Shown here in pieces: positions 9,367 to 21,813 of a stretch of DNA of 64,000 nucleotides. Position numbers and translations under genes: made by a program. This stretch comes from Trichosphaerium sp. ATCC 40318 (taxonomy: Eukaryota > Protista > Tubulinea): assembly GCA_038496445.1 (NCBI GenBank), contig JALMLS010000076.1, positions 1 through 64,000 on the forward strand, read 5' to 3'. Every line of letters begins with the position of its first letter. Position 1 is the first letter of the stretch. The notes below the pieces were generated by a model that made no database searches, was not told where the DNA came from, and worked only from the letters and a program-made list of their open reading frames with translations.

Positions 9367-10422
9367 ATGCATAAACCTAATTGCCCAACAATCTTTCTGT
9401 GGATAAGAAATGTAGTGTTCTACCAAAGAGAATGGACCACTTTTGCACACGTTTTAGCTGATAGAATTGAGAATGGCTATGAAGGTCAGGCAGACTACCT
9501 TCAAGCCAAGCATGACTATGAGCTACAAAGTGGCCAAAGAGCATCCGCATTTGATGTAAGACACTTTTCTCATGAAGTGGCTGTTCAACTGTGGAAGTGC
9601 ATCCAAAACGAATGTGAAATGGGTACCTTTTTTTGGAATTTTATTGAACTTCTTGCTAATTTATCTTTAGTCTGTAAGGGTAATTTAACCTGTATTGAGG
9701 CGAAATACTCTGAGTATTATACCATTCGGCATGGAAGACCTTATTTGAAGACGTTTGAGCAAGCCATTAGCCTCACTCATCTCAAAAAGTGGGCAACTGA
9801 AAAAGTAACCATTTATTGCAAAGATCCACTAACTGGCAACTTCATCATCCTTCCAAACCTTCCAAAATCAAGTGTAGACCTCAGCCACAAGTGCCACAAC
9901 AAGTTGTGCATTGGTGGAGTCGGAATAGTCCATGTGGTCGCTGAACCTAGTCTGATTAACCTCAACAGAGAAAGATGTCATAATCTTCTTAAAAGAAATC
10001 CTCATCATGTGTGTACAGACAACCATGACGGTCATGGCTGTTGCTTTGTGTGGTATGGACCCAACAACAATAATCTAATTGTTCAAAACTGTACCGCCAG
10101 CCTACCCCTACCTCAAGCTGCTTCTCCAAGATTACCACTACTTGGCTTTAATCCACTTCAAAACAAAGTCAAAAATCTCACTGTGTCAGTTACTCACTAC
10201 AGAAAAAAAAGTGAAGAGCGCTTGGCAGAAATAAGTAACCTCAAAGCATTGCTAAAAATTGCAATGAGCAAAAACAAGGACAAGGAGAAGGCTTTGCACA
10301 TCAGAGAACTAACCCGTCTTAAACAAAGTGAAAAGAGGAAGATTAACAAGCTCTATGAGCTTAAATTCGAAATCTATGATCTACAAGAAGAGATTGAAGA
10401 GCTAAAGTTCAAACAGGGCTGA
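9367..10422 (+). CDS. His-Cys box / His-Me finger endonuclease (I-PpoI-like zinc-binding loop) with a C-terminal coiled coil
   Basis: Intronless 351-aa ORF. DLSHKCHNKLC...HVVAEPSLINLNRERC...C...H....CC matches the SHxCHNxxC...HxxxE...NxxRxxC signature. The last codons come from the inserted MITE. Confidence 0.85.
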   Translation: MHKPNCPTIFLWIRNVVFYQREWTTFAHVLADRIENGYEGQADYLQAKHDYELQSGQRASAFDVRHFSHEVAVQLWKCIQNECEMGTFFWNFIELLANLSLVCKGNLTCIEAKYSEYYTIRHGRPYLKTFEQAISLTHLKKWATEKVTIYCKDPLTGNFIILPNLPKSSVDLSHKCHNKLCIGGVGIVHVVAEPSLINLNRERCHNLLKRNPHHVCTDNHDGHGCCFVWYGPNNNNLIVQNCTASLPLPQAASPRLPLLGFNPLQNKVKNLTVSVTHYRKKSEERLAEISNLKALLKIAMSKNKDKEKALHIRELTRLKQSEKRKINKLYELKFEIYDLQEEIEELKFKQG

Positions 10423-11342
10423 AACTAAATAAGGCTTTTTTTGCAAAAGCCATTTTTTTGCCACCAAATACAGCTTTATTTTTCATCAAATTGCCTTGTT
10501 TTTGCCAAAAAAAATAAGCAAATATGAGGCATTGCCTTGTAATTTTGGGCTTTGGAGCCTCATATTTGTGCCAAATAGCAAGCAACTGGTTCACTAATTA
10601 GCCTTAAAATAGCCTGCATTGTTGGTCCAATAATGCCTCATTTTTAGTGCAACAATAAGGCATTTTTGCCCTCAATTTTTGAGCATAACTCAGGCACCAT
10701 ATACTCATAAAACAAGGCTTTATATAGGCATACAATAGTGATTCTTTTATTAAAGTACAGTACACAAAACACAAAAAACTTCAATGTCCTCCATGTGAAA
10801 AAAAACCTTTAGCTAGAAAAAAAAATTAACAAATTATTGGTATAATTTTCGCGGACTGGAAAAATGGTTTAAAGTACCTATACTCCTGTTATAGGTGCAT
10901 TTGGGTGCTGCGGTTCGAATGACGGTGGTTTCGTTAGAATACATAAAATACTAAGCGCGTGGTGACGGCGTCTATATAAAACGTCAGTAGTAAATGAAAA
11001 AAAATGTTTAAGAAGTGTTGGTGTGGTGGAGACTTACCTTAAACCAATGTATCCTTAATGTACAATGTGTACACAACCATTGCCTAATTGGTGCCTATAA
11101 ATTTAAGGCTGGCAATGCATAAAAAAACTAGGACAGGCATTGCCTAAAAAAAACAAGGCATTGCAACAATAAAGGCATTGCCCAACACAGCCTTATTTCA
11201 ATGCCTGATTTTTGCCTTTTCTGCCATTGTCTTTGCAAAATCAGGCATTGCCATTTTTGCATGCCTGATTTTTGCCATCAATGCCTGATTTTAAAAAAAT
11301 GCCTTCATATTTAAGGCAAAGCCTTGTTTAGTTTCAGCCCTG
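10414..11342. mobile_element. 929-bp MITE with 25-bp TIRs and an apparent 3-bp (AAA) TSD
   Basis: Left TIR CAGGGCTGAAACTAAATAAGGCTTT (10414-10438); right TIR AAAGCCTTGTTTAGTTTCAGCCCTG (11318-11342); 1 mismatch. AAA at 10411-10413 and 11343-11345. Many subterminal AGGCAT/ATGCCT motifs. Confidence 0.9.
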
Positions 11343-11500
11343 AAAGAGATAATAATGTAACTTTTAAATAAACACGTGGCTATTTGTTGAATACTTGTTT
11401 TTTCTGTTTTTTTTTTGTGAACACACCTTTTTTTGTTTCTTACTCAAAAGTGTAACCTCAGCCAACCCCTATTACTTTTTTATCGTTTTTTGAACTTAAG

Positions 11501-11629
11501 TTCAAAAGTATTACACTGGACACGCCCCCTTTTATTCAAAAGTGTCATGCTAGACACACTCCCTTTTATTCAAAAGTGTCACACTAGACACGCCCCCTTT
11601 TATTCAAAAGTGTCACGCTAGACACACCC
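11501..11629 (+). repeat. 34-bp tandem subterminal repeat x4, with dispersed copies upstream
   Basis: TTCAAAAGTGTCACGCTAGACAC-type units at 11501, 11535, 11569 and 11603. Related copies near 8593, 8663, 9184, 10082 and 11444. Confidence 0.9.
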
Positions 11630-11754
11630 TTAAGTTTTACTAGTTTTGACATAGTATTTTTAGCATTTTTATTGGGGTTTTTTAATTGAAATATTTTGGT
11701 TGTAAACATATTGGCAAAAATACATTGATAACACGTTTATTGTAAGTAATGCCA

Positions 11755-13533
11755 TTACTTCTTAGCTGCATTTTTTTTGCTTTCTGGTACATTTGCTGAA
11801 TCTTTGCCAACCTGTTCAGCATCTTTTTCAGCATCTTTCTCAGCCTGAGCCTTTTTTTCTGCCAAATACTTGCCCCACCGCTCATCACGCAACTTTTTAA
11901 ACTCTTCTGTTTCTCTGGTATCATAATCTGTGAACCCATCATAAAACTCTGCTACAACACTTCTGCCACCAAAGAAACGACCACTCATAAGCTGTTTAAA
12001 AAAATACAATTAGAATAAAGTTATTTTTTTGTAGTTAATCCCAACAAACCTCAATACACTTTTCGGCAGCCCACTGTGTTGCAAACTTGAGAGCTACAAC
12101 ACCCTCAGGATTGTTCTATTCATACAAATTAGCTCTCAAAAATATTTAGAGACGCCCAGTTGTACCTCAAAGACTTTAATGTGATTCAACTCCCCACACT
12201 TGATAGCCTCTTGGGCAATATCATTTTCCAACTCTCGAAAAAACTCAATGTTTTCCTACCATTCTGTGTGAGCATTGAGCAAAAGGTTTGTATAACTGCC
12301 ACACACCAAAGATTCCTCAGGTGTAAACATGTGCTTTAAAATTACATGAAGTTTTTCGACTTCCTTCCAAGACAGCTCCCTTAACACACAACTTAGTTTT
12401 CTGAGCATCAAGTAAGTAAACCCTAACAGCCACAACGTACTTGCTTTGATCATAACGTTTATTCTTCTGGGACTTCTTTATGCCACCAGTCTTCTTCTTT
12501 TTCGTATCTTTTTGATCATATGTAACCTAGCACACTCAGCAATTTGCCTAACAACGCTGCTTCATACCTCCTCTACTTTGAGTTTACACTTTTGGTCAAA
12601 AAACGAGTCATCCAGTAACTCTATAGCCAACGCAACGGACTCAGGTCTGAAGAATGTAACAATCGCATCACCTTTGCATTTGCCCTCATCATCACGGTAC
12701 ACCACAATTTTAGGAATACCTACGCAAATGGCACAAGAGCTATCAGATAACAAAAACAAAAAGAACTCAAAAAAGTCAGAAGAAAGTTATAAAGAGGTTA
12801 CCTGTTTCGGGGTCTTTGAGTATTATTCCAGCCTTTGAGAAGATGCGATAAATGTCTTCATTCTTAGCATCAGGCGGCAATCCAGACACATACACGCCAC
12901 GGTTTGGTGCACGCTTCCTCTTTTTCTATGCGTTGGGTGTAAAGAATTGTGTTCGCTTGTATATTGGCGAGGCATGGCGAAGGCTGTGTGGCGCGTACGG
13001 TTCTTTTCCTTTTATTTGCGTCTTTTGGCTTTGCTTCAGCTGAAGGTGCGGGTGGTGCTTTATCAGGGTCAACATATTGGTACGCTGATTGTTGCGCTTG
13101 GATGTCATCCGCATCAACCTGCAATTCTACCGTCAACCCAAACCCACTAAAAGAAAAAAGAAAAAAAAATGTCGTTTCAATTCACAGAGAAATTATTTAT
13201 ATTTAAATAGGGCTACAAATCATTTCCGAAAAGCGTTAAGTTGTGCCACAGCTTTTTTAGGCGTAACAGTAAATAAATAAAATTAAAAACCGTATTCGGC
13301 CGCAAGTAACATAGTGTTAGCGCCCAAAGATGCGATTGAAAGTCCTCTGCGACAATTTGACGGATTCTTAAATGCGCAAAACAAAATATAATAACGCAAC
13401 GTACCTCAGGCATCCACACTTGGTGCTCCTCGTTAAATGCGTAAATTGTACCATCTTTATCCTTCCTAACCTTCACTACGTGCGGTTTCTCATCTTTCTT
13501 TTGCTCGGCGTCCTTGCCAGTTTTCTGCTCCAT
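11755..13533 (-). CDS. HTATSF1: HIV Tat-specific factor 1 / CUS2 splicing factor (RRM + UHM)
   Basis: GVYVSGLP; PKIVVYRDDEGKCKGDAIVTFFRPESVALAIELLDDS; VILKHMFTPEE; LMSGRFFGGRSVVAEFYDG. Multi-exon. Confidence 0.92.
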
Positions 13534-13801
13534 TTGTTGTATCGCTCAGACAAGGCAACGAAATCGCAAAAAGTCAATGTAATACTTGTTAATAACAATA
13601 TTGCACAGAAAAGTTAATAAAAATTAAAACGATTGAGAAAGGGTAACCGCTTTTTGCAACCCAAAGACATCAGGCACTAATACATTTGGCTCACAATAGT
13701 AAGGTGGTAAGCGAAACTTGTACTTTAACGCAAAACACGAACACGTGATTAACAAAAAAAAATACAATAGTTTTATTCATAATTTAACGCCACAGTACGA
13801 T

Positions 13802-14438
13802 ATGGGTGCAATCGCAACAAAGGCTACTAACGTTCCACGTATTACTTTGCTAGAACTGCCTGTTGAGATACAATACATGATATGTGAAATGGACTGCGCA
13901 ACACATGTAATATGGCCGCTGTTGAGCAAACAAACAGCTCTGTCTAGCAGATACAATACAAACTTGCTTAAACACGGAAAGTTCATTGGTGTAACGCCCG
14001 TTGACAAGGATCCGAGGAATAATGAAGTGTGCTATGGCGTCTGTCAGCTCGGTATCTATGCAGACTATGTGCCATTGGTAAAAATGAACTTACTCCTTTT
14101 TTGGATTAGGGACATTGTTACGAGGGTTTCAACCACGCAAACTAGGAAATTTTAAACACGGTAAAAAGCACGGTGTATTCAAACACTGGAACGATAAAGG
14201 GCAGATTGTATTGCATGTCACATACCACGAAAATTTGCCTGAAGGCAATTGCACCCATTTCCATGAGAATGGTAGTGTACGATCCCGTTCTTTCTTCAAG
14301 GACGGGAGACAAGATGGAACAACTACCCACTACTATCCCAACGGTAAAGTGCAGTACTTGATAGAATATAACAAAGGGGAACCAGTAAGCACACTTTACG
14401 GCACCACCGATGGTCGTCTAGTACCTGGGCAAAACTAA
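13802..14438 (+). CDS. F-box-like + MORN2-repeat protein
   Basis: LLELPVEIQYMI...WPLLSK, followed by GNFKHGKKHG, YHENLPEG and FKDGRQDG repeats. One intron, probably 14052-14145. Confidence 0.75.
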
Positions 14439-14758
14439 TGAATTTTAAATGGATTAATGTACTATCAATAAGCCAGTAACAATAACAACCACATATATTC
14501 AACCAAGAAAAAAAAAACAAACATGTAAACCTTTTCTTTTATTAACAAATACATACACAAACTTGTGCAGCATCGGATGCCGACAATGGAATTTATACTG
14601 ATACTGTTTGTGTTATATAGGCATTGCACGCAATTCTATTGAACATTTATGAGTTTGTTCAAACTGACGAACTGACGGACAACAAAAATGGTGGCGGTAC
14701 TTCATCTCCACCAATTGTCACAAACTAATAAATAACTGGATTTGTGCCAATTTCCTTT

Positions 14759-17700
14759 TTAACTCTTTAGTTTTTCTTCAACAATACCTGCAGCTATTGT
14801 TTGCCCCTACGACTAACAGTGAGACCCTGACAAATATGTGTTTAAGCAAATTTTTTTAAACTTACACGTGTTCTTAATGTAAACCTGCCTAATTTGCTAA
14901 ACTCTTTGTATAATTCTAAGCATACATCTTTCTTCAATACAACTTCTACCTCCGCATTACATTTTTCGAAAATAAACCTACAAGCAAAGATGTCGTGTTA
15001 TAAAAGGATAATTAAGTGTACAAAAAAATAACAATTTACCTTGGTTTCTTTTTCTTTACTGTCCCATCCTTATTAAGAATAGAGAAAACGCGTTTTATCG
15101 TTGCAGGGACGTTAATACTTTGGAAATACATCATGACATCATACCCTTGCAATATAGGTTCTGGTAAATCTACACAACGAATAAGATATTCCCACAAAAA
15201 AAAAATCAAAGAAGTAAATAAACATACCAAACGTCATTATCTTGGCTTTAAAACGCCTCACTATAGGTACAGGCGCTGCTGGATCACATAGAAAGTGACC
15301 GATCCTAGAACACAGAATTAGTTTTTTACCCAAAAACAACGAGCCTTTTTGGCAACGTACATAAGCTGTGATAATTCAATATCTTGCAGTCCAATATCAA
15401 CGTTGTCTCCAGCCTTTGCATATTCTACAATTTTATCCTTTGCTTTAATTCCTACACATGTGTTAGTTCATCGTACAGTCTGTGACAATACCTTTTACTG
15501 TACAAATTGCACCCAATGGCATCACCAACAAACTATTCCCTCGTGCCACAAATCCGGACTCAATCTTACCACCAACTGTCACGTTCAAATTCGAACCACT
15601 AGAGTCTTTGTATACATCGGATATGACAAAGCGGAATGGTTTTTCAAGCAAGATTTTACCAGACCGAAATTTGTCTTGAAAGAAAATTTAGAGCCATAAA
15701 AAAAAAAACCATGTAATGCGTACTAATTTGCTGTATCAAACAATTGCCCTTGTACCAAGGCATGTGTTTGGATACCTCAACCAAGTTCTCACCACCCAAG
15801 CCACTAACAGGAACAAAAAACGTGTTCTTTGGACTGAATCCCGTGCGTTTTAAAAACGGAGTCATGTTAGCCTTTATTTCATTGAATTTAGTCTCCGACC
15901 AGCCCAACTACACAAAAAAATAAATATAATACAACTACTAGCCACTAAAGCGTTAGAAGCTTAAAAATAAGTACCAGATCTAGCTTGTTTATAGCAACAA
16001 TAAGTTGGGATACGCCTAAAGATCGTGCCAAGACCGCATGCTCCCTTGTTTGTCCCTTTACGCCAGCATAGGAGTCTTTATTTCCTGAGTCAACAACAAG
16101 AATACCACAATCGGCCTAATACCGAGTGTTATTAAATACTCAGCTCAATTCAATTACCTGTGCAGCGCCAGATATCATATTAGGTACGAAATCCTGATGC
16201 CCAGGAGCATCGAGAAGCGTTACATACTAAATGGGGAGAATAAATATCAAGAACAAACAGCAAAAAAAAAGTTAACAAAACAAACTTACACGCTCAGGTG
16301 TCTCAAAAGTATTGACACCAACATCTATGGTTACACCTCTCTCACGCTCTTGATCATGCTCGTCCATAACCCAAGCAAAGCTGAAAGATCCCTAGATGAG
16401 GAATGTCAATTCTTAACCCCAATAAAGTAATCCGAGTCTAAACTTTCTTACCTTTCCAAGAGTTTTAGAATCACGTTCATTTTTCCTCATAGTCTTTTCA
16501 GATACCAACCCAAGCTTATAGAGCAAGTGTCCCATCATTGTACCTAATTAGAAAATGTAAGCGCATTACATTTGCTTCCCTTTTTTTTTTTCCATCGTAC
16601 TCTTGCCAGCGTCAACGTGACCAATAACAACCATATTAATGTGTGGTTTATCCTTGCTCTTTTGCAAACGGCTCAACAGCTTAACAAAGCAAATGCGTTA
16701 GGCTATTCCAAAATGAAAGTAATTTACGTACTGATTTTCGCTGTGCTGATGTCATTTGAATGTGGTTCTTCATTTCCAAGGAGGTATTCAGGCGCACTTC
16801 TCTTGCGCTCAATACCTTCTCACTGCTTTCTTTGTTCGTTTTCTGAGATTTTGGCACCTTTATTGTCGACACCTTGGCGGCGCTTTTCTGCTGTACTTTA
16901 GCTCTGCGCTTGTTTGTTTCCTCTAAACGCAGATGTAAAACGCTAAGTAAGGAAGCGACATTGTACCCTTTTTCTTTTGGAACGCGCGGGTTTGCTGTTC
17001 CAACACTAGATCATCAGGCGACGGTTTGCTGTAACAAAATGTGAGATTCATCAATCAACAAAACAAAAATTGTTTGCGCACTCAAAGCCAAAAGGTTTGA
17101 TATCACTTTGTTGACCCATGCCTACAGTGTCAAGGGCTGGTTTCGATTTGATAACACCTCCTGGTAACTTTTCATTTTGGATGGATAGATTACGACCAAG
17201 ACCTGTGGGTTCTACAGCAACAATAAGAACAAAGGATAAAATCCGTGTTGATAAAGAAAAGCACGGACGCTTTAAAGATGTTTCAAACTCATCTGCTGAT
17301 CTGATAATAACTTTCTTTGTACTGGAGTGGCCGCTTTTCATTGTGTATTTCGTAGTGTTATCCACTAGGATGTGTGAACCCGTGTAACCGTATACAGTTG
17401 ATGCCACAATTTTCGTGTACCTTTTGTCGGTTTGGCTTGTCCAAAATCCATATCGAACATTTCGCCTGATATGTGTTGGTTTAGATACAATGCTAGAAGA
17501 AGGAACAAAAAAGCAGAAAGAGGCCAGGTTCTTTTACACTAAGCGTACCGTTTGAGTCACGCCTTGCTTGTTTGCTGCTTGGCTTGGCTGTATTGGTTGA
17601 CGCTAAGAGCTGTTCAATAACTGCTCCACTGTTGTAATTACATGTTCGAATCTTCGCTTTTAGTTCTTCGTCTGTTCCAGGCACATTGGATTTACCACCC

Positions 17701-18211
17701 ATTACCTCAAAAACCTCATCCATACATTTGAAAACTAATTCTAAAGAGTGTAAACCATAAACCGAACTAATATAATAAAAATAGACGATCCATGAGATTT
17801 CTACGCGTAACAGAGCGCCCTCAACGAGTTTTACAGAGTTTGGATTTTTTTTTTGACCGAAACACAAACGTCCCGAGTGGTTACGTACGGTCGTCACTTG
17901 TAGCTTGTGGCTCTGCGGGCTCAATTGGATCGAGGTAATCACTGAATTGACCTTGCCCTGTTGGTGTTGCTCCTTGGCGACGGTACATGTATGCAGACAC
18001 TACAGTAATCACAATCAAAGTACTACAAACAACTACGCACTAGATGGAGACATTGGAGAAGCAGAATTTCCGTAGTCGTCCCAATCATCGTAATCTTCAT
18101 CAGAAAGGTCATCAGCTAGCGAAATATGAGCGTTTTAATGTAGTAAAAAAAGGGTTTAGAGAGGGTCGTACTCGTCCACTTTTTATTGCGAATAGCTCTG
18201 TGTCTGGACAT
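14759..18211 (-). CDS. HBS1L: HBS1-like translational GTPase
   Basis: N-terminal MSRHRAIRN; GHVDAGKS; ERERGVTID; [20 protein letters not shown]; GQTREHA; NKLD; EF-Tu domains II/III ending TIAAGIV. Confidence 0.93.
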
Positions 18212-18349
18212 TCGTACAGTCCTCGGTTTTATCTAAAACCTGTTGATTAGATTTATTGACTTTCTTAGTTCAAAAAAAACGGCTAATTACATTTGTGGAG
18301 TCAATTTGCTTCACTGTCCTTGTAACTACAAAACCTTTTACCACTGGCA

Positions 18350-19091
18350 ATGTTTACTGCCGACTTTAACCAACGGCCCGAGCCAAAGAAGAATTGGGAG
18401 CAATGGGGACCTATTTACGAAGATGAAGTCGCTCTACCATCACGCATTCTTTATGCGTCCGCTAACATACTTGGTTTCAACTGCGATAAGCCAAACGATG
18501 CCTACATTTTATGTAAAGCAGAGGATCCAAACCCAGCCCACTGCGTACAGGAAGGCTTAGAGGTTACTATGTGTTCTAGATATGTTATGGGTTCGTAGTT
18601 TGTCACTGCGTCTTGGTTTTTTGATAAAAACAAACTTATTGATCAAACCAAACGCGCCTATCCTTGTTTATTAGCTTCATACTCACTAATCATAGATAAA
18701 TTAATAAATAATTGTAACGATGAACTATCTGAATTCGCTGCGCGCCTAGATTTCACAGATTTTGACATTAGATCGACAAAGCCTCCACACAGTGATACAG
18801 GCACAAACTTTTATGGCTGCGCTAGACGAGCAGGTACGCACTTTCTAATACGCGCTAAAGACGTCATCTAATTGTTTGTGACGTTACAACAGTTTACAAA
18901 CGTTCTCTTTTTCCTTTTTTTTTTTTTTTTTTGCCACAAAAAATGTAGTGTGTCAAACCAACAATCATTTGCTCAATGGCCACGCACACGTCAATTGTAC
19001 AAATTTACATGTAACATCAATTTTTTGGTTCATTTCTTTTATTTGTTTGTTTGTTACTAATTTCTTTCCAGGCTTGTACCCACCTAAATAA
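18350..19091 (+). CDS. NDUFA8: NADH dehydrogenase (complex I) subunit NDUFA8
   Basis: Twin CX9C pattern LYASANILGFNCDKPNDAYILCKAEDPNPAHCVQEGLEVTMC. Two introns. Confidence 0.8.
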
Positions 19092-19499
19092 AGAAGAATC
19101 GAAATTAGTATTATCACATATATCACTTGGCTCTAACAACGCTGTAAATCATGTATCAAAATTAGTGGCTTCCTGCTACACTACTCATTAGTATTCATTC
19201 CATTTTGACGAGCTGTTGCTGATATTCTTTTATTTTTTGCCGAGGTAAATAAACAAGACTCGTAGTCATTTGTCGCCTATGTCTGTGTCACTGCTTGTCT
19301 TCAAAATGCAAATCGTTGGTATACAAAGTGAAAATGTGCAATTTGACAACTCGCAATCCACGTACCTTTTTTTTGGTAGCACCAAACCTCGGAAAGCTAG
19401 TAGCTTTGTTGTCCACGAACATGTGACACTGACAAGTAGACAGCTTAACTTAGTATCTTGTTTAGTCCGTTGAACCACCAAATACGGAAGAAGCTTGTT

Positions 19500-21669
19500 A
19501 TGGCCCGTTGTGCTGTAATTCTCCTAGCGTTGCTTGCGAGCGTATATTGCTCTAGCCAGTTAATCCTAAAGCCGCTACCAACTAAAACAGGCCCAGAGGT
19601 TGCTTTCGTGTTCATTCAAGGCGCCAGCATAGCCAACAGTGCCTACTTGGATCTTTTGTCCGCAATTCAAAAGGCTGTACCGTACAAGCTATGGATCGGT
19701 ATGCCTGACATTGATTTCATAAACGTACGCATGCAGATTAACGGCCAATCGGCAGAACGCTATTCCGCAAATTAATGTAGTAAAATATTCCGGTACATTA
19801 TGCCACCTTGGTGTGAGTACAAAGAGAGCGGTTGTAGCCAAAAAAAAAAACTTTTACTTTCAGAAATGTCGCCCAACTTTACCTCCTTTCCCCGTTTCAA
19901 AAGCAGTTACAATGTAATCCTTCTATAAAATAATTACTTTACTAGATACCTGCACCGCCACTACTACAAGACGCAACTAAGAAATTAATCAAAAACCTTC
20001 GTGCACAAGGAATGCAAACAGATATTTTATTCTTCGGTGGCCACTCTTTAGGTGGTGTTCTTCTTGGGGAATTTTTACCTTCGTTTGAACCGAATGCAAA
20101 GGGTATCATTCAAATGGCATCTTTCCTTTCTAGATCCGCCAGACACAAGGATTCTGTTGGTGTGAAATACCCTTTCCCTGCATTGACTATCGGTGGAGGT
20201 GCGCCCACGTGCTCATTTTGACATATTGTGTTTTGCTTACAAACAATCTATGTAGAGCTTGATGGTCTTTGCCGTGTAACTCGCATTATGGAAGCGTACT
20301 ACCATCAAGTCCTTGTAGACAAAGATATGACAAATGCAGTCAAAAATTATCCAGTTGTTGTATGTTCAAACCCTTTTTGCAAAACACCACATTAGTGATT
20401 AATCGTTACTTCGTTAGGTCATTGAGGGCATGAACCACATGAACTACGCTACTGGTACACCACCGCTATTTGTTCAAGAGAACGATCTCAAAGCTGAAAT
20501 AAGTGTGCCTAAGGCACATGCTATTATCGCTGACGTAGTCTCCGAGTTTATGCAAGCACAACTAGACAACAGCGCTTCTGCCATTTCTTCATTAGCAACA
20601 AAAGTAAAGAGCACAGGTAAGCTGCACTAGTTTAAGTCTTCTTCAAATCCCAACCCCCATTCTTTGTGTGCTTATACTCTCCTTCTAACTACATTGCAGG
20701 CGCTTTCTTAGCTCCTATGATTGAAGCATTTAAATCAGAGGCCTACTACTATTTTGAGCCACCATGTTACTTAAATGGTGGACATGATAACGGTGAATGT
20801 GACTTGTACTGCCCGTGGGCAGAACGGGCTGGCGTTCTTATGGCTAACATATCCGATGACGCTAGAGTAACTTTCAAATCTGTGGATGCACTCCATAGAG
20901 TATGGTCAGTAACTCCTGGTACGCATTGGTGACTTGTTTACTGTAAACGCTCACACATACTTTATAGTACATTTGCCACATTTCCGCAACAACACGTGCA
21001 ACGGTACAGCACCTAAGCCATGCATTCTATCCCAAACAACTGTATCTCAATCTGTTTACTCTCAAGTGTCCAAGTTAGACACAGGGTTTGTAGCCGCTTC
21101 TTCTTACGAGATAAGAACAAAGTTTTTGTCTCGCCAACGTACCTATGAGGCCATTGGTATGCTCTTTTTTTGTTTGAAGTTCTTTTGTTCTTTCCCTCTA
21201 AGAATTCTGTTTTTTTGTGTAGGTAGAAGAAACGTCAACTTCACTAAAACTGATGGTGAGCAATTAAACGTATGTGCTTCTATCAACCAGAAATCTCTTG
21301 ATTGGGCCATGAAACTTTCTGGTAAAAAAACAATTGCGCGCTACGGAAAAATTGGAGAACAGATGGTGCAAGGACCTGATATTAGTACGCAATTTTTTGT
21401 GCAACTTTCCAAAAATAAAAATACAATAATTGACAGTTTGTTCAGAGGAATCCAACGGCGGTCCTTCATGGATATGGACGCCAATGAAATACACACACAT
21501 TGACCAAAATGGTAAATCTGTGTACCAAGTACAGTCTGTTGCTATCAGTTTTCCTACTTCGTACTGGATCAAAGTTGCAGCTGGTTTTCACTATTGCAAA
21601 CTATTATCACCTGCACGTGCTATTGAGTGGATTTATGTGGATAGTTTGAGGTTAAACGGAAGTTTGTAA
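19500..21669 (+). CDS. Secreted alpha/beta-hydrolase-fold protein
   Basis: Signal peptide; FIQGA oxyanion region; GGHSLGG nucleophile elbow; ELDG; GMNH; C-terminal GFHYCKLLSPARAIEWIYVDSL. Confidence 0.8.
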
Positions 21670-21813
21670 CAAAAAAATCCGCACGGCAAATAAAACAAAA
21701 ATTCTTGCAACAAAGTCAAAATTTGGTTAGCAGTTTTTTTTTCACCAAAAAACTACTCGTTTTAAGATCAGTGACGCTAGTGCATTTACTAACATAAAAC
21801 GAGAGCTTGCACA

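Larger units (their letters stand above)
7943..11629. mobile_element. Putative Kolobok-like (KolobokP-like) non-autonomous DNA transposon carrying a His-Me finger nuclease
   Basis: Ends are TTAA|GGGTGT (TTAA 7939-7942) and ACACCC|TTAA (TTAA 11630-11633). The left ~640-bp unit has its own 16-bp TIRs. The element is CpG-poor and encodes a His-Cys box nuclease. No transposase is visible. Confidence 0.5.

Noticed and set aside
9300-10450. Group I intron / rDNA context for the His-Cys nuclease
   Set aside because: No rRNA sequence or recognisable ribozyme core flanks the ORF.
14078-14145. A 20-nt ultra-short intron plus 16-nt micro-exon giving GHCYEGNFKHG
   Set aside because: A single 94-nt intron (14052-14145) gives an equally good MORN repeat (CQLGNFKHG) more simply. 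RNA-seq is needed to decide.
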